Below are positions 27,017 through 36,449 of a stretch of 62,008 nt of DNA, piece after piece. The position numbers and the translations under genes are program-made. This stretch comes from an uncultured bacterium. Lineage in GTDB: Bacteria; Schekmanbacteria; GWA2-38-11; J061. A model generated the notes under the pieces. The model was not told the origin of the DNA. It was given only the letters and a program-made list of their open reading frames with translations, and did not search any database. The stretch spans positions 1 through 62,008 of the forward strand of contig CAZJVM010000008.1 in assembly GCA_964549305.1 (NCBI GenBank), read 5' to 3'. Numbering within the stretch: the first letter of the stretch is position 1; each line of letters begins with the position of its first letter.

Positions 27017-28075
27017 TTGGAAAAATGGAGACATATCAAAGAATGGGATAAGCTTGTTTATCCCGAATACGGTCTTGCTGTTGACGACACACTGCCCTTT
27101 TCCGTGGCAGAGAAAAAATCAGTTCCCGTACTTCATCTTTACAGGTTTGAACCTGCGGCAATAGTTGGGAAATATCAGGATATAAAAGCGGCGCTCAAGA
27201 TTGACCGATGCCGTGAACTTGGAATACATTTCAACAGGCGAAGCACCGGTGGCGGTACGGTGATAATGGGCCCGAAGGCGGTTGCGCTTGGTTTTGGAAT
27301 TTCCCTGAATCATCCGGCGATGCAGGGCGGGATCAGGGGTATATTCAAAGTTATGAGCAATATCCTCGTTAGGACTCTCGCGGACTTCGGAATCAAGAGC
27401 ACTTTTCGTCCTAAAAACGATCTTGAAGTCAACGGAAAGAAAATTGCGGGACTCTCTGCCTCTGCCGATGTGCAGGACGCCGTTCTTTTTCATACGAGCC
27501 TTCTCGTTGATTTTGACATAAAACTTATGCTCGATATTATGAATACCCCCGCGGAGAAGATTTACGACAAGGGTTACAGCTGTTTCAGTGAAAGAATGAC
27601 CACGATGGAAAAGGAAGTGGGAGAGAAGATTGAAATAGCCCGGGTTATGGAAAGCGTGAAGAAGTCCTTTGAAAAGCAGTTTAATGTCGTCTTCGAGGAA
27701 GATGAGCTTACGCAATGGGAAAAAAAGAAAATCGAGTGGTTTGAAAGCAGGAGATACAGGGACGAAAAATGGATTTTCTCGAAACGCCATCCAAAGTGCA
27801 GGATGGGGGAAGGACTTCTTAAAACGGCAGGGGGACTTCTTCAAATTTATATTTCCCTTGCGGGGGGCGTTATCGAAAATCTGATGATTACGGGTGATTT
27901 CTTTTCCACCGGAGAGGATATAAACCGCCTTGAATCAAACCTTAAATATACTATGGCAAACAGAGAGAATATCGAAAATTCCCTAAAGCAGGTTTGGAAG
28001 GACGATATAATCTTCGGCGTCGATATACCAACCCTTGCCACAGCAATCCTCAAGGCAAGCGAAAAATGTATATAG
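27017..28075 (+). CDS. lipoate:protein ligase, catalytic plus C-terminal accessory domain (sLpl(AB)-like)
   Basis: VGKYQ, RRSTGGGTV, KNDLEVNGKKIAG, HTSLLVDFD, C-terminal KTAGGL..ITGDFF. Confidence 0.88.
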   Translation: MEKWRHIKEWDKLVYPEYGLAVDDTLPFSVAEKKSVPVLHLYRFEPAAIVGKYQDIKAALKIDRCRELGIHFNRRSTGGGTVIMGPKAVALGFGISLNHPAMQGGIRGIFKVMSNILVRTLADFGIKSTFRPKNDLEVNGKKIAGLSASADVQDAVLFHTSLLVDFDIKLMLDIMNTPAEKIYDKGYSCFSERMTTMEKEVGEKIEIARVMESVKKSFEKQFNVVFEEDELTQWEKKKIEWFESRRYRDEKWIFSKRHPKCRMGEGLLKTAGGLLQIYISLAGGVIENLMITGDFFSTGEDINRLESNLKYTMANRENIENSLKQVWKDDIIFGVDIPTLATAILKASEKCI

Positions 28076-28097
28076 AAACAATATTGGAAGAAAGATT

Positions 28098-29141
28098 TTG
28101 AATACAAACTCATCTGAAAGCCCTCACACAGTTAAATTAAGCCTTGCCTCGGCAATGGCGCTCGATTTAAAGCCGGGGCTTTTTTACCGCAACGCCCAGA
28201 ATCCCTGTATAAATATTCTTCTTAAATATAGTGAAGGATGCCATGCCAAGTGCGCTTACTGTGGTTTGTCCAAGGCAAGAGACGGCGAGTATGACGAAAA
28301 ATCCTTCATAAAGGTGGAATGGCCCTCATATAGCGTTGATGAACTGGTAAAAGCCATAAACGGAAAAAAGGGCAGAGTAAAGCGCGTCTGTATTTCGATG
28401 GTTACAAACCTTCGGGCAATCAACGATACCGTTGAAATAACAAAGCGCATAAGGTCGGGAGTTGACACGCCAATATCGGTGCTTCTTGCCCCCACAATCG
28501 TTAAAAAAGATGATATGCGAAAGATGAATGACGCAGGCGCGGACAAAGTGGGAATTGCCCTCGATGCGGCAAATGAGGAGATATTCGACCTTTACAGAGG
28601 GAAGTCGGTAAAAGGTCCTCATAAGTGGGAAAGATATTTGACGGCAATAGATGAAGCAGTGGAAGTGTTCGGCAGGGGCAATGTGGGAATACATATGATT
28701 GTTGGATTGGGCGAAACCGAAAGGGAATTCGTGGAGTTAATGTTCAGATTCAGAAAACTCGGCGCGAAGACCCATCTCTTTTCCTTTTTTGCCGAAGACG
28801 GTTCTCCTCTTGACGGAGTGTCGCCTCCTTCGATGGGAAAATACCGCAGGATGCAGATTGCAAGATATCTTATCGATGAGAAGAAAATAGATGAAAGTGA
28901 AATATCCTTCAATGAAAATGATGAAGTTAAGCAGTTTCTGATTTCTCCCCGCAAGCTCGATAAGATAATAGAAGATGGTGCCGCTTTCGTCACCAGCGGA
29001 TGCGCGGGAAAGGACGGCAAGGTTGCCTGCAACCGTCCCTATGGCGACAGTCTTCCGGGCGACAACATCAGAAGCTTTCCCTTCAAACCGCAGAGCGAAG
29101 ATATATCGCGAATAAAGAAACAGGTTTTTGAATATGATTGA
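28098..29141 (+). CDS. lipS2: radical SAM lipoyl synthase component, LipS2-like
   Basis: CHAKCAYC (CxxxCxxC), HMIVGLGETE, C-terminal TSGC...CNRP motif; adjacent to the ligase and LbpA. TTG start at 28098 is inferred. Confidence 0.78.
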   Translation: MNTNSSESPHTVKLSLASAMALDLKPGLFYRNAQNPCINILLKYSEGCHAKCAYCGLSKARDGEYDEKSFIKVEWPSYSVDELVKAINGKKGRVKRVCISMVTNLRAINDTVEITKRIRSGVDTPISVLLAPTIVKKDDMRKMNDAGADKVGIALDAANEEIFDLYRGKSVKGPHKWERYLTAIDEAVEVFGRGNVGIHMIVGLGETEREFVELMFRFRKLGAKTHLFSFFAEDGSPLDGVSPPSMGKYRRMQIARYLIDEKKIDESEISFNENDEVKQFLISPRKLDKIIEDGAAFVTSGCAGKDGKVACNRPYGDSLPGDNIRSFPFKPQSEDISRIKKQVFEYD

Positions 29142-30081
29142 AAATACAGAGAGGGAACTGGGGAATCTTCTTGAAAGGTCAAGGAATCTTTCGTGGAAGG
29201 TTTTCGGGAAAAACATCACTTTGTATCTTCCGGGAATGATAAGGTGCGGAAGCGAAACAGGTCTCTATCCCGCCGTATCTGTGTCAGGGGGAAGATGCGA
29301 GCTCGCCTGCGACCATTGCGCGGGCAAAGTACTCGAACCGATGATAGAAGCGGACAACCCCGATACGCTTTTTGATGTCTGCAAAAGGATAAAAAAAGCA
29401 GGTAACATAGGCGTACTTTTAAGCGGTGGAAGCCGTTATGACGGCAAAGTCGGATGGGGTAAGTTTGCCGATATCATAAAAAGAATAAAAGACGAAACGG
29501 GGCTTCATATATCGATTCATACGGGACTGCTGAACAGTGAAGAAGCGCGCCTTTTAAAATCGGCGGGAGTCGACCAGGCATTGACCGATGTAATCGGAAG
29601 CGATGAAACATTGAAAGAAGTCTATCATCTTGAATGCGGAGTGGGTGCAATTAAGGAAACGCTCGATGCTTTATATGATGCTAATATTCCTGCCATACCG
29701 CATATCGTCGCGGGGCTTCATTACGGGAAATTCAGAGGCGAATATAATGCTCTTGATATGCTTGAGCAATATTCTCCCGAAACTCTTGTTATTGTAACAC
29801 TCACGCCTTTTGCGGGCACACCTATGGAAGGGTGCAAAACGCCCCATATACGCGAGGTTGCAAACCTTATTTGTAATGCGAGAATTATGCTTGCAAAGAC
29901 GGAGATTTCGCTTGGTTGCGAACATCCCAGAAACAGGGACGGAATCGAGCTTGAAAAGTATGCCGTTCTTGCCGGAGTGAACAGGATTGCCGTTTATTCC
30001 AATGAGGCGGAAGAAGTTGCGGAAAAACTGGGAGTTGATATACACTATGCAAAGACCTGCTGTTCGGTAAGAGTTAACTAA
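29134..30081 (+). CDS. lipS1: radical SAM lipoyl synthase component, LipS1-like
   Basis: SVSGGRCELACDHC, LLSGG, HTGL, PHIVAGL, LGCEHPR (variant of GC(M/A)R), terminal TCCS. Confidence 0.78.
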   Translation: MIENTERELGNLLERSRNLSWKVFGKNITLYLPGMIRCGSETGLYPAVSVSGGRCELACDHCAGKVLEPMIEADNPDTLFDVCKRIKKAGNIGVLLSGGSRYDGKVGWGKFADIIKRIKDETGLHISIHTGLLNSEEARLLKSAGVDQALTDVIGSDETLKEVYHLECGVGAIKETLDALYDANIPAIPHIVAGLHYGKFRGEYNALDMLEQYSPETLVIVTLTPFAGTPMEGCKTPHIREVANLICNARIMLAKTEISLGCEHPRNRDGIELEKYAVLAGVNRIAVYSNEAEEVAEKLGVDIHYAKTCCSVRVN

Positions 30082-30101
30082 ATAACGCTAAGGAGAGAAA
30101 T

Positions 30102-30404
30102 ATGACTGAAAGTGGAAATAATGAAAAAATGGAGAGAGGTCCCGTTATCAAGGCAACGGTAGTGAATATCAAAGGCGCTTGCGATGCGGGACACAAGGTG
30201 GGCGATGAGTTTATATTGACTCTGCACACCCCCGAAGGATTGTGCGTGGATGCCTGCGTCAATATTATTATTAAATTAAGAAATATGCTTTTTAAGAAGC
30301 ACGAGTTTTTTAAGGACAAAAATAAAAAAATCAGAGTAAACTGCCCCGATCTTCAGAATTATGTTGAATTTGAGCTTGAAAGGATTGAGAATTTAGACAA
30401 GTGA
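30102..30404 (+). CDS. TIGR04076-family small Cys protein
   Basis: KGACDAGHKVGDEF, PEGLC..A, CPD..NYVEFELERI; AAGGAG RBS. Confidence 0.75.
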   Translation: MTESGNNEKMERGPVIKATVVNIKGACDAGHKVGDEFILTLHTPEGLCVDACVNIIIKLRNMLFKKHEFFKDKNKKIRVNCPDLQNYVEFELERIENLDK

Positions 30405-30432
30405 ACATTTTCTGAAATAATTCGAATTCTTC

Positions 30433-30463
30433 TTGACAAAAACACCTGCTTACGAGATAGAAT
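30433..30463 (+). promoter_or_regulatory. possible sigma70 promoter for the TonB receptor cluster
   Basis: TTGACA (30433) and TAGAAT (30458); the 19-nt spacer is long. Confidence 0.35.
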
Positions 30464-30527
30464 AATCGTTTTTAAAAAATAAACTACAGATTTGAAAGGA
30501 AATATAACATACTTGAGAGGGAGAGAA

Positions 30528-33260
30528 ATGTTTAGAAAGTTTGGGAATATCTTTGTGGCAATTCTTCTGTTGACTCTTGTGGTAACGGGAATTTCAAACG
30601 CGCAAGATGTCGGCAAAGTGAAAGGTTCCGTCTTGGACGAAAACAGCAAGTCGCCTCTGCCGGGAGTTACTGTTACAGTTGACGGAAGCAATGCCATTGC
30701 CTTTACCGATGAAAACGGAGCTTATGAAATTGAACTTCCCGAAGGGACGTATATCCTGAGGTCGGAATTTCTCGGATACAATCCCGGAAAAGCCGAGAAT
30801 GTGGTCATCAGCAGTGAAAAGGAAAATGTAGTTAATTTTTCACTGAAAGAAGCCGCGGCATTTAAAGGCGAGGAAACGATAGTTACGGGCGAACGCCTCA
30901 ATGTTCCTCTCTCAAGGGCAACTGCTTCAGTGTCCGTTGCAAGTTCAAAAAAGTTTGAATTCGTATCGGGTTCCGATGACGCGGGTGATCTACTGAAAGC
31001 GACTCCGGGAATTCAGATGGAAAGTGTTGGCGGCGCAGGTAGCGCGAAAAGAATTAAAATCAGAGGCCAGGGTTCTCCCATTCAGAACAACAGAGTTCTC
31101 CTTCTTATTGACGGTGTACCGGCGCAGTCTCCCCGCGTAGGTACAGCAGACATTTCAGACTTTCCAGTGGAAATGATTGAAAGAATAGAAGTTATGAAGG
31201 GTGCCGCATCGGCAATCTACGGTGGTAACGCACAATCAGGTGTTATAAATATCATTACAAAAAAAGGGTTTAAACATCCCGTATTCAAGTTTGATGTGAA
31301 GGTCAGCACTTATCAGCACCGCAATGACGCCAATCAGGACTGGACACAGTATTACGGAATCTATCATAGCTGGGGCGGAAAGAACTGGGATTACTCCATA
31401 AGCGGTTCATATCTTTTTTCAAAAGGACTTACCTTCGCGGAAACGGAAAAAGCGGGTGTTAGTCCCGCAAGGCAGGGGTACATAAAAGTTAACTACCCCG
31501 GTTTCAAGGAAGATTTCGAACCGAACGAAAAAGCCACTGCGCCTCCTTTCTTCAACAAGAATCCAAATGTAATATTTGATACAAGCGACCTTGATGACGC
31601 GGAAAACTACAATATTAACGTGAACTTCGGTTTTAAACCCTTCAAGGGAAATCAGGTCAGAATTAATACGGGTTATGCCTTCAGGCACGCGCCAAACTAT
31701 TTCGGTTCCTTTACGGTTCCTACAGTTGACCTTGTTACAAATAACAGAAGGGAATGGCTGAATGTTACCGATACCTGGGAAATTACCCCTGACCTGACCT
31801 ATGCATTTAAGTTCAATATGGATAAAATCACCGACATAGGCGACCTTTTCTTCTTCTCAAGCGATTATCAGTCAAAGAAGAAGGCAAAATACTATGCAAG
31901 AACGGGAGAAGATCCCGAAGAAGATCTTGATTTCTGGAAAGCCACAGGTACTCCTTTGAATCTCACCCCTTTTAGATATTTTGCGAAGGACTGGGGTATG
32001 GACAATTCCATTACCTATGTTTCGGATATTCTGGAACCTGACGGAAACGGACTTACAATAGGACAGTCTTTCAGATGGGAAAAAGTTGACCTTCCTCCTT
32101 CAAAAAATCTCGGACAGAAACAGTATAGTGATACCCCAAAGTACAGAAGAGCCACTTCCTTATATTTTCAGGATTTGCAGAAAATAGGAAAACTGAATAT
32201 CAATTTCGGAGGCAGATGGGAACAGATAACAGGTTTCATCGATGACTGGCAGGATGAGTTTTCACCGAGATTCGCAGTTAATTATGAATTAAAACCCGGG
32301 ACAACATTTAGAGCATCGGTAGGCAGAGCATTCAGGCCTCCTTCATACGGACATGTCAATTTTTTTAAAGGACAGGGCGGAAAATTTTTTGGAAATCCAG
32401 AGCTGACATATGATATTGCGTGGAGTTATGAACTTGGCATGAAGTTCCTCACCAAGTATGTAAGCGGTGATATTGCCTATTATTTTACCAAATACTCCGA
32501 TCAGGTAGTTGAAGTTCCCTTGCTTGTCGCAAATCCTGATTATGTAAATCTCGATAATCCAGAAAATGTGAAATTCTTCAAGATTTATAAGCAGAACAGA
32601 GAAATATTAGGTTCAGATATTGCAGATGCCGTTAACAAGGTTCTAAACTATTACATTGATAACGGGCTTGTTAGCAAGGAGGAGTTTATTGGTGTGCCCC
32701 GCGCGAGAACGTGGATTAACAGAGGAACTGCGGTTTATCAGGGTTTTGATACAAATTTTGATTTTGAAAATCCCTGGCTTCCAAACCTTAATCTCAGCTT
32801 CAATTATCTCTTTACAAGGGCAAGAGCCGGTAGTATCAATCCCTTTGATTTTTCACAGGGGCCTGCGCCAAGGCCCGTAAAAGCGCCGAATTTTGCCACT
32901 AAAGCAAGGCGTGGCGTTGTACCCCTTAACACCCTTGAAGTTGACGGGCAGAGACTAATCACTGTCCCGACTCATACTTTCCGCGTAAGCTCAAGCTACA
33001 GATTCCCCACTAATACGATTATGACACTTAGCGGAAGATTCAAGAGCACCACATTCTATAAGACTTCTTATTCGCCTACGGGGTCGCTGAAACAACCTGA
33101 ACACTGGGTTTGGGATTTTGCCCTTGTACAGCCCTTTTACAACGGAAAGATGAAATTCAAATTTGCAATTGAGAATATTTTCAGTAAATTGTATTATGAA
33201 GTAGGAACGATTCCCTCGACGGTTGCAAGATATGAAGTTGGATTGAGCTGGAATTTCTAA
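30528..33260 (+). CDS. TonB-dependent outer-membrane receptor with N-terminal carboxypeptidase-regulatory-like domain
   Basis: Signal peptide, G.V.D..SKSPLPGVTV...TDENGAY, plug motifs IRGQG, LLLIDGVP, IERIEVMKGAASAIYG..A.SGVINIITKK, C-terminal VGLSWNF. Confidence 0.92.
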   Translation: MFRKFGNIFVAILLLTLVVTGISNAQDVGKVKGSVLDENSKSPLPGVTVTVDGSNAIAFTDENGAYEIELPEGTYILRSEFLGYNPGKAENVVISSEKENVVNFSLKEAAAFKGEETIVTGERLNVPLSRATASVSVASSKKFEFVSGSDDAGDLLKATPGIQMESVGGAGSAKRIKIRGQGSPIQNNRVLLLIDGVPAQSPRVGTADISDFPVEMIERIEVMKGAASAIYGGNAQSGVINIITKKGFKHPVFKFDVKVSTYQHRNDANQDWTQYYGIYHSWGGKNWDYSISGSYLFSKGLTFAETEKAGVSPARQGYIKVNYPGFKEDFEPNEKATAPPFFNKNPNVIFDTSDLDDAENYNINVNFGFKPFKGNQVRINTGYAFRHAPNYFGSFTVPTVDLVTNNRREWLNVTDTWEITPDLTYAFKFNMDKITDIGDLFFFSSDYQSKKKAKYYARTGEDPEEDLDFWKATGTPLNLTPFRYFAKDWGMDNSITYVSDILEPDGNGLTIGQSFRWEKVDLPPSKNLGQKQYSDTPKYRRATSLYFQDLQKIGKLNINFGGRWEQITGFIDDWQDEFSPRFAVNYELKPGTTFRASVGRAFRPPSYGHVNFFKGQGGKFFGNPELTYDIAWSYELGMKFLTKYVSGDIAYYFTKYSDQVVEVPLLVANPDYVNLDNPENVKFFKIYKQNREILGSDIADAVNKVLNYYIDNGLVSKEEFIGVPRARTWINRGTAVYQGFDTNFDFENPWLPNLNLSFNYLFTRARAGSINPFDFSQGPAPRPVKAPNFATKARRGVVPLNTLEVDGQRLITVPTHTFRVSSSYRFPTNTIMTLSGRFKSTTFYKTSYSPTGSLKQPEHWVWDFALVQPFYNGKMKFKFAIENIFSKLYYEVGTIPSTVARYEVGLSWNF

Positions 33261-33333
33261 AGAAAGTTTGGCGACCGGTAAACCGGTATTAAAATATTAA
33301 ATTCAATAAAAATAAAGAGGGAGATGACAGAAT

Positions 33334-35145
33334 ATGAAAGAGTTTAGAGTCAAAAAGAAATTGGGTTTATTATTGATTACAGCTCTTGCGACCGTTGCCT
33401 TGGTGGCGGCTTTTGCAGGGCCTGTAAAATCATCGGTGCTTTCAAAGACAGACAAAATTTTCAGGTTAGGCGAATCGAGCCTTAGAGTAGGTAGCCTTGG
33501 CGGAGAGGTAGGAGTTACGGATTCTTCAAATCCGCTTAACGGCACGTCGCTTTCCCTTGGCACTGATGTATTTATTACAGATGAATCTCCATATACGAGA
33601 TTTCAGGTTGACAATGCGGGCAAGGTTAAAAAGGACAGCAGGGGAAGGTCGAGAATCCTTGTGACGGGCGTTACAAAAAAGACAACTGCATTCAAGAGAA
33701 ACGCAGTAATACTGAAGCCAAAGAAAACCAAAAAGAAACCCGTTGAATTTGTACTTACGGAACCTTTCTTTTCTGAAATCAACGAAGAGCACAACAATAT
33801 ACTTGTGCTTCACATAGATACTACAGGTGACGGAGATGCAGACAAATTTCCCTCTTATTTCATTAAATCAATTGATTATAAGACCACCAAACTTCCCAAG
33901 AAATACGGTGTCACCATAACAAAGGAAATTACCAATAAAAAAGGGAAGGTAAAAAAGAAAAAAGAAAAAATAGGCGTTGCGGGCGTATTTTTTACCAGAG
34001 CCAAATTGCCCGTTATAACGACTTTTACGGATATCGAAACTAAAGGCGATATAAAGCTCATTCAGGTTTTGGAAACACCAAATGCGTTTATCGAAAGAGG
34101 CAAACCGTTAAAAGTTAAAAAAGGTTGGGTTGCAGTGGGACCTGCCGTAACTGTTTCTGCATCTACCACGCTTTCGGAAACAGCGACCCCTGAATCTCTT
34201 GATAATGCAACATTGACGGTGCCTTATTTTACCGATGTTGTAAGCGCTTTGGGTATAAGTGACAGCGACCTCTTTATTTTTAAGAATAAGGGCGCAAAGA
34301 TTTCAAGTAAGATAACGGATACGCTTTCAATAGATTCATCAGCGGGTACGGCGTCTTTTTCAAAAATGACCGATTTTGGAACTTATCAGGTACTCGGTAA
34401 AACTTCCGGACAATCCACATCGCTTCCCGTTATTTCGACCTTGAAAACAAAAGCTGACAAAAAAGGAAAAGTAAAAATTGTCTTTTCTCTTTTAGATGCT
34501 GACGGAAAAAAATCCGATGTGAAAATAGAATACAGGAAAAATCCCACTGTTGACGGAAATGCCGGATGGAAAACAATCAAGACATTGAAAAAGGTAAAAC
34601 CGGGGTCGAAATCAAAGTCATATACTTGGAAATCAAAATCGGACATTGGGAAAGATGCTGCATATTTTCAAATTCGTGTAACTCCTCAGAAGAATATTGA
34701 TGGAAATAAGGTTAGAGGAGTATTCAAGACAACTGATACATTTAGAATTGAGACGGCGAAATCAGCGCCGAAATCTCCGAGAAATTTGAAAGTGAATGTA
34801 AAAAATAAATCTAAGAACGAAGTTGACGCAAACGGCGAAGATACAAAGCCGCCTCAGGTTGCCCTTAGCTGGAGAAAACCCTCAGGAGGCGCTGCCGGTT
34901 ATAATGTTTACAGACAGGCAAGGTTCAGAAACGGAGTTGAAGATACATTCAGCATTATAAAGACGATTAACGGTTCATCTACAACTTCATTCAAAGATAA
35001 CAAGGCAAACGGCACGCTCAGCACATCTTTTCTTGAAGCATTTTATGCCGTAACTGCATTTGATTCTTCAGGTAAAGAGAGTGAGCTTTCAAAACCGCTG
35101 TCCGCGGCAAGCATAGTTTTCGGGAGTTATTATTATTACGGCTAG
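33334..35145 (+). CDS. secreted Lys/Thr/Ser-rich beta-rich protein with C-terminal fibronectin type III-like domain
   Basis: Signal peptide; APKSPRNLKV...LSWRKP..GYNVYR...YAVTAFDSSGKESELS FN3 signature; ends FGSYYYYG. Confidence 0.7.
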   Translation: MKEFRVKKKLGLLLITALATVALVAAFAGPVKSSVLSKTDKIFRLGESSLRVGSLGGEVGVTDSSNPLNGTSLSLGTDVFITDESPYTRFQVDNAGKVKKDSRGRSRILVTGVTKKTTAFKRNAVILKPKKTKKKPVEFVLTEPFFSEINEEHNNILVLHIDTTGDGDADKFPSYFIKSIDYKTTKLPKKYGVTITKEITNKKGKVKKKKEKIGVAGVFFTRAKLPVITTFTDIETKGDIKLIQVLETPNAFIERGKPLKVKKGWVAVGPAVTVSASTTLSETATPESLDNATLTVPYFTDVVSALGISDSDLFIFKNKGAKISSKITDTLSIDSSAGTASFSKMTDFGTYQVLGKTSGQSTSLPVISTLKTKADKKGKVKIVFSLLDADGKKSDVKIEYRKNPTVDGNAGWKTIKTLKKVKPGSKSKSYTWKSKSDIGKDAAYFQIRVTPQKNIDGNKVRGVFKTTDTFRIETAKSAPKSPRNLKVNVKNKSKNEVDANGEDTKPPQVALSWRKPSGGAAGYNVYRQARFRNGVEDTFSIIKTINGSSTTSFKDNKANGTLSTSFLEAFYAVTAFDSSGKESELSKPLSAASIVFGSYYYYG

Positions 35146-35173
35146 TAACAGTTTGTTCTTTAAAAGGCATAAT

Positions 35174-35213
35174 AAGGAGGCATTCTCAATGAGAAGGGAA
35201 TGCCTCCTTTTTT
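35174..35213 (+). terminator. intrinsic terminator
   Basis: 12-bp stem AAGGAGGCATTC/GAATGCCTCCTT followed by a T-run. Confidence 0.8.
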
Positions 35214-35334
35214 ATTTTTCACCTTACGTAAAAGAAAGCTTACAGGAGCTTGAAAAGCATTGTCTTATTTACTATGTGAAGAATGTTATCCGTTGTTTTT
35301 CTATAATTTTAAACCATAAAAAGAGGTCAGAAAA

Positions 35335-36303
35335 ATGGTAGATATATCTCAGGTCAATGATATTTTAATCAACAAAATAAAAGTCAGAGGCAATCCCGTC
35401 GCGATTTCTTTTATAAAAGACAAACCATTTGACGGATACGAACCCGTACAGGACTGTCCCTGCTCTATCATACGGTATGCAATGGATGATGGCAGGTCCG
35501 TCTACTTCGATGAACAGCATTGCGATTGTCTCGTGGGCGTTCATCATGCGGGAATAGTTCCGGGAAAAAAAGAGATAGCTTCCGGAGATTATCTTTCAAA
35601 GACCAGCAATTTTTTTACCGAAGAGGCGGCAATGCGAAACAAGATGCAGTCCTATTCCCTTCCTACGGGACTTGTTAAAGGGATTGCCGCGGCGCCTTTG
35701 AGCAAGGTTCCAGAAGGTGTTAAGATAGAATGGGTTGTTACGGTCTGCACGCCTTTTCAGGCAAACAATATTGCCGGTTCGGTTACGTGCAGAGACGGTG
35801 ATTTCCCCTATGGTGAGCTTGGCGCCTCTCTTTGCGCTTCCCTTTTTGCAACTCCCTGGTATGAAAGAAACATAGTTTACACGCCGGGAGATTTTGGGGG
35901 GAGAATGCATAACAGGATAAAGAAGGAAGAGATGTTTGTAATAGTACCCTACAATATGCTCCATTATATTCCCGAATTGATGGATGATATGAAGGTCGAT
36001 GTAAAAGAGTCGAGAAAGATGACAAAACCGCCTCATTCAGATTTTTGGAACGAAGGTGGAGAAAGCAAATCCGCAATTCAGGCGCCTTCCGAAGATACAG
36101 TGTCATCAGGCGATGTTTTTGAAGGAATAAACTTCACGATGCAATGGGACGACGAGGCGAAGGATATGATGAAGGAAGTGCCCGAAGGAATTCTGGAAAT
36201 GGCAGTGGGCAATGCCGAAGAATTCGCCCGTGAGAAAGGTTATGAAAAAGTGAGCAAAAAATCCGTTCAGGAGCTTATGAAAAAACTCGGAATGGAGTTT
36301 TGA
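35335..36303 (+). CDS. DUF169-family protein with C-terminal PCP_red-like domain
   Basis: NPVAISF, C..IRYA..G, C..G...AG, APLSK, CTPFQA, LCA, G.FGGR...EEMFVIVP. Tail WDDEAKDMMKEVPEGI...AEEFAREKG resembles the small C-terminal domain of BchB/ChlB. Confidence 0.7.
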   Translation: MVDISQVNDILINKIKVRGNPVAISFIKDKPFDGYEPVQDCPCSIIRYAMDDGRSVYFDEQHCDCLVGVHHAGIVPGKKEIASGDYLSKTSNFFTEEAAMRNKMQSYSLPTGLVKGIAAAPLSKVPEGVKIEWVVTVCTPFQANNIAGSVTCRDGDFPYGELGASLCASLFATPWYERNIVYTPGDFGGRMHNRIKKEEMFVIVPYNMLHYIPELMDDMKVDVKESRKMTKPPHSDFWNEGGESKSAIQAPSEDTVSSGDVFEGINFTMQWDDEAKDMMKEVPEGILEMAVGNAEEFAREKGYEKVSKKSVQELMKKLGMEF

Positions 36304-36449
36304 ATAGAAATAGCTGATTTGTTTTCAAGGGGGAGATGCATCTTGAAGTCAGGAATGAAATGTATTTATCAAGGAGTTTTGTATACCCTTATCGCCCCCG
36401 CGTTTAAGATTAGATTAAGCTAAATATTACCTTTCTTTAGGAGAAGAGT

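Noticed and set aside
15061-30081. Canonical sulfur-oxidising sHdr system or methanogenesis
   Set aside because: Gene order and content differ (HdrL and MvhD present; no sHdrH, tusA, dsrE or rhodanese), and there are no mcr/mtr genes. The context is a Gram-negative bacterium.
30405-30527. Cobalamin or other riboswitch before the TonB receptor
   Set aside because: The leader is short and AT-rich, with no B12-box or other recognisable aptamer.
35153-35341. 62-aa ORF after the FN3 protein
   Set aside because: It spans a terminator hairpin and probable promoter region, and has no clear RBS or motif.
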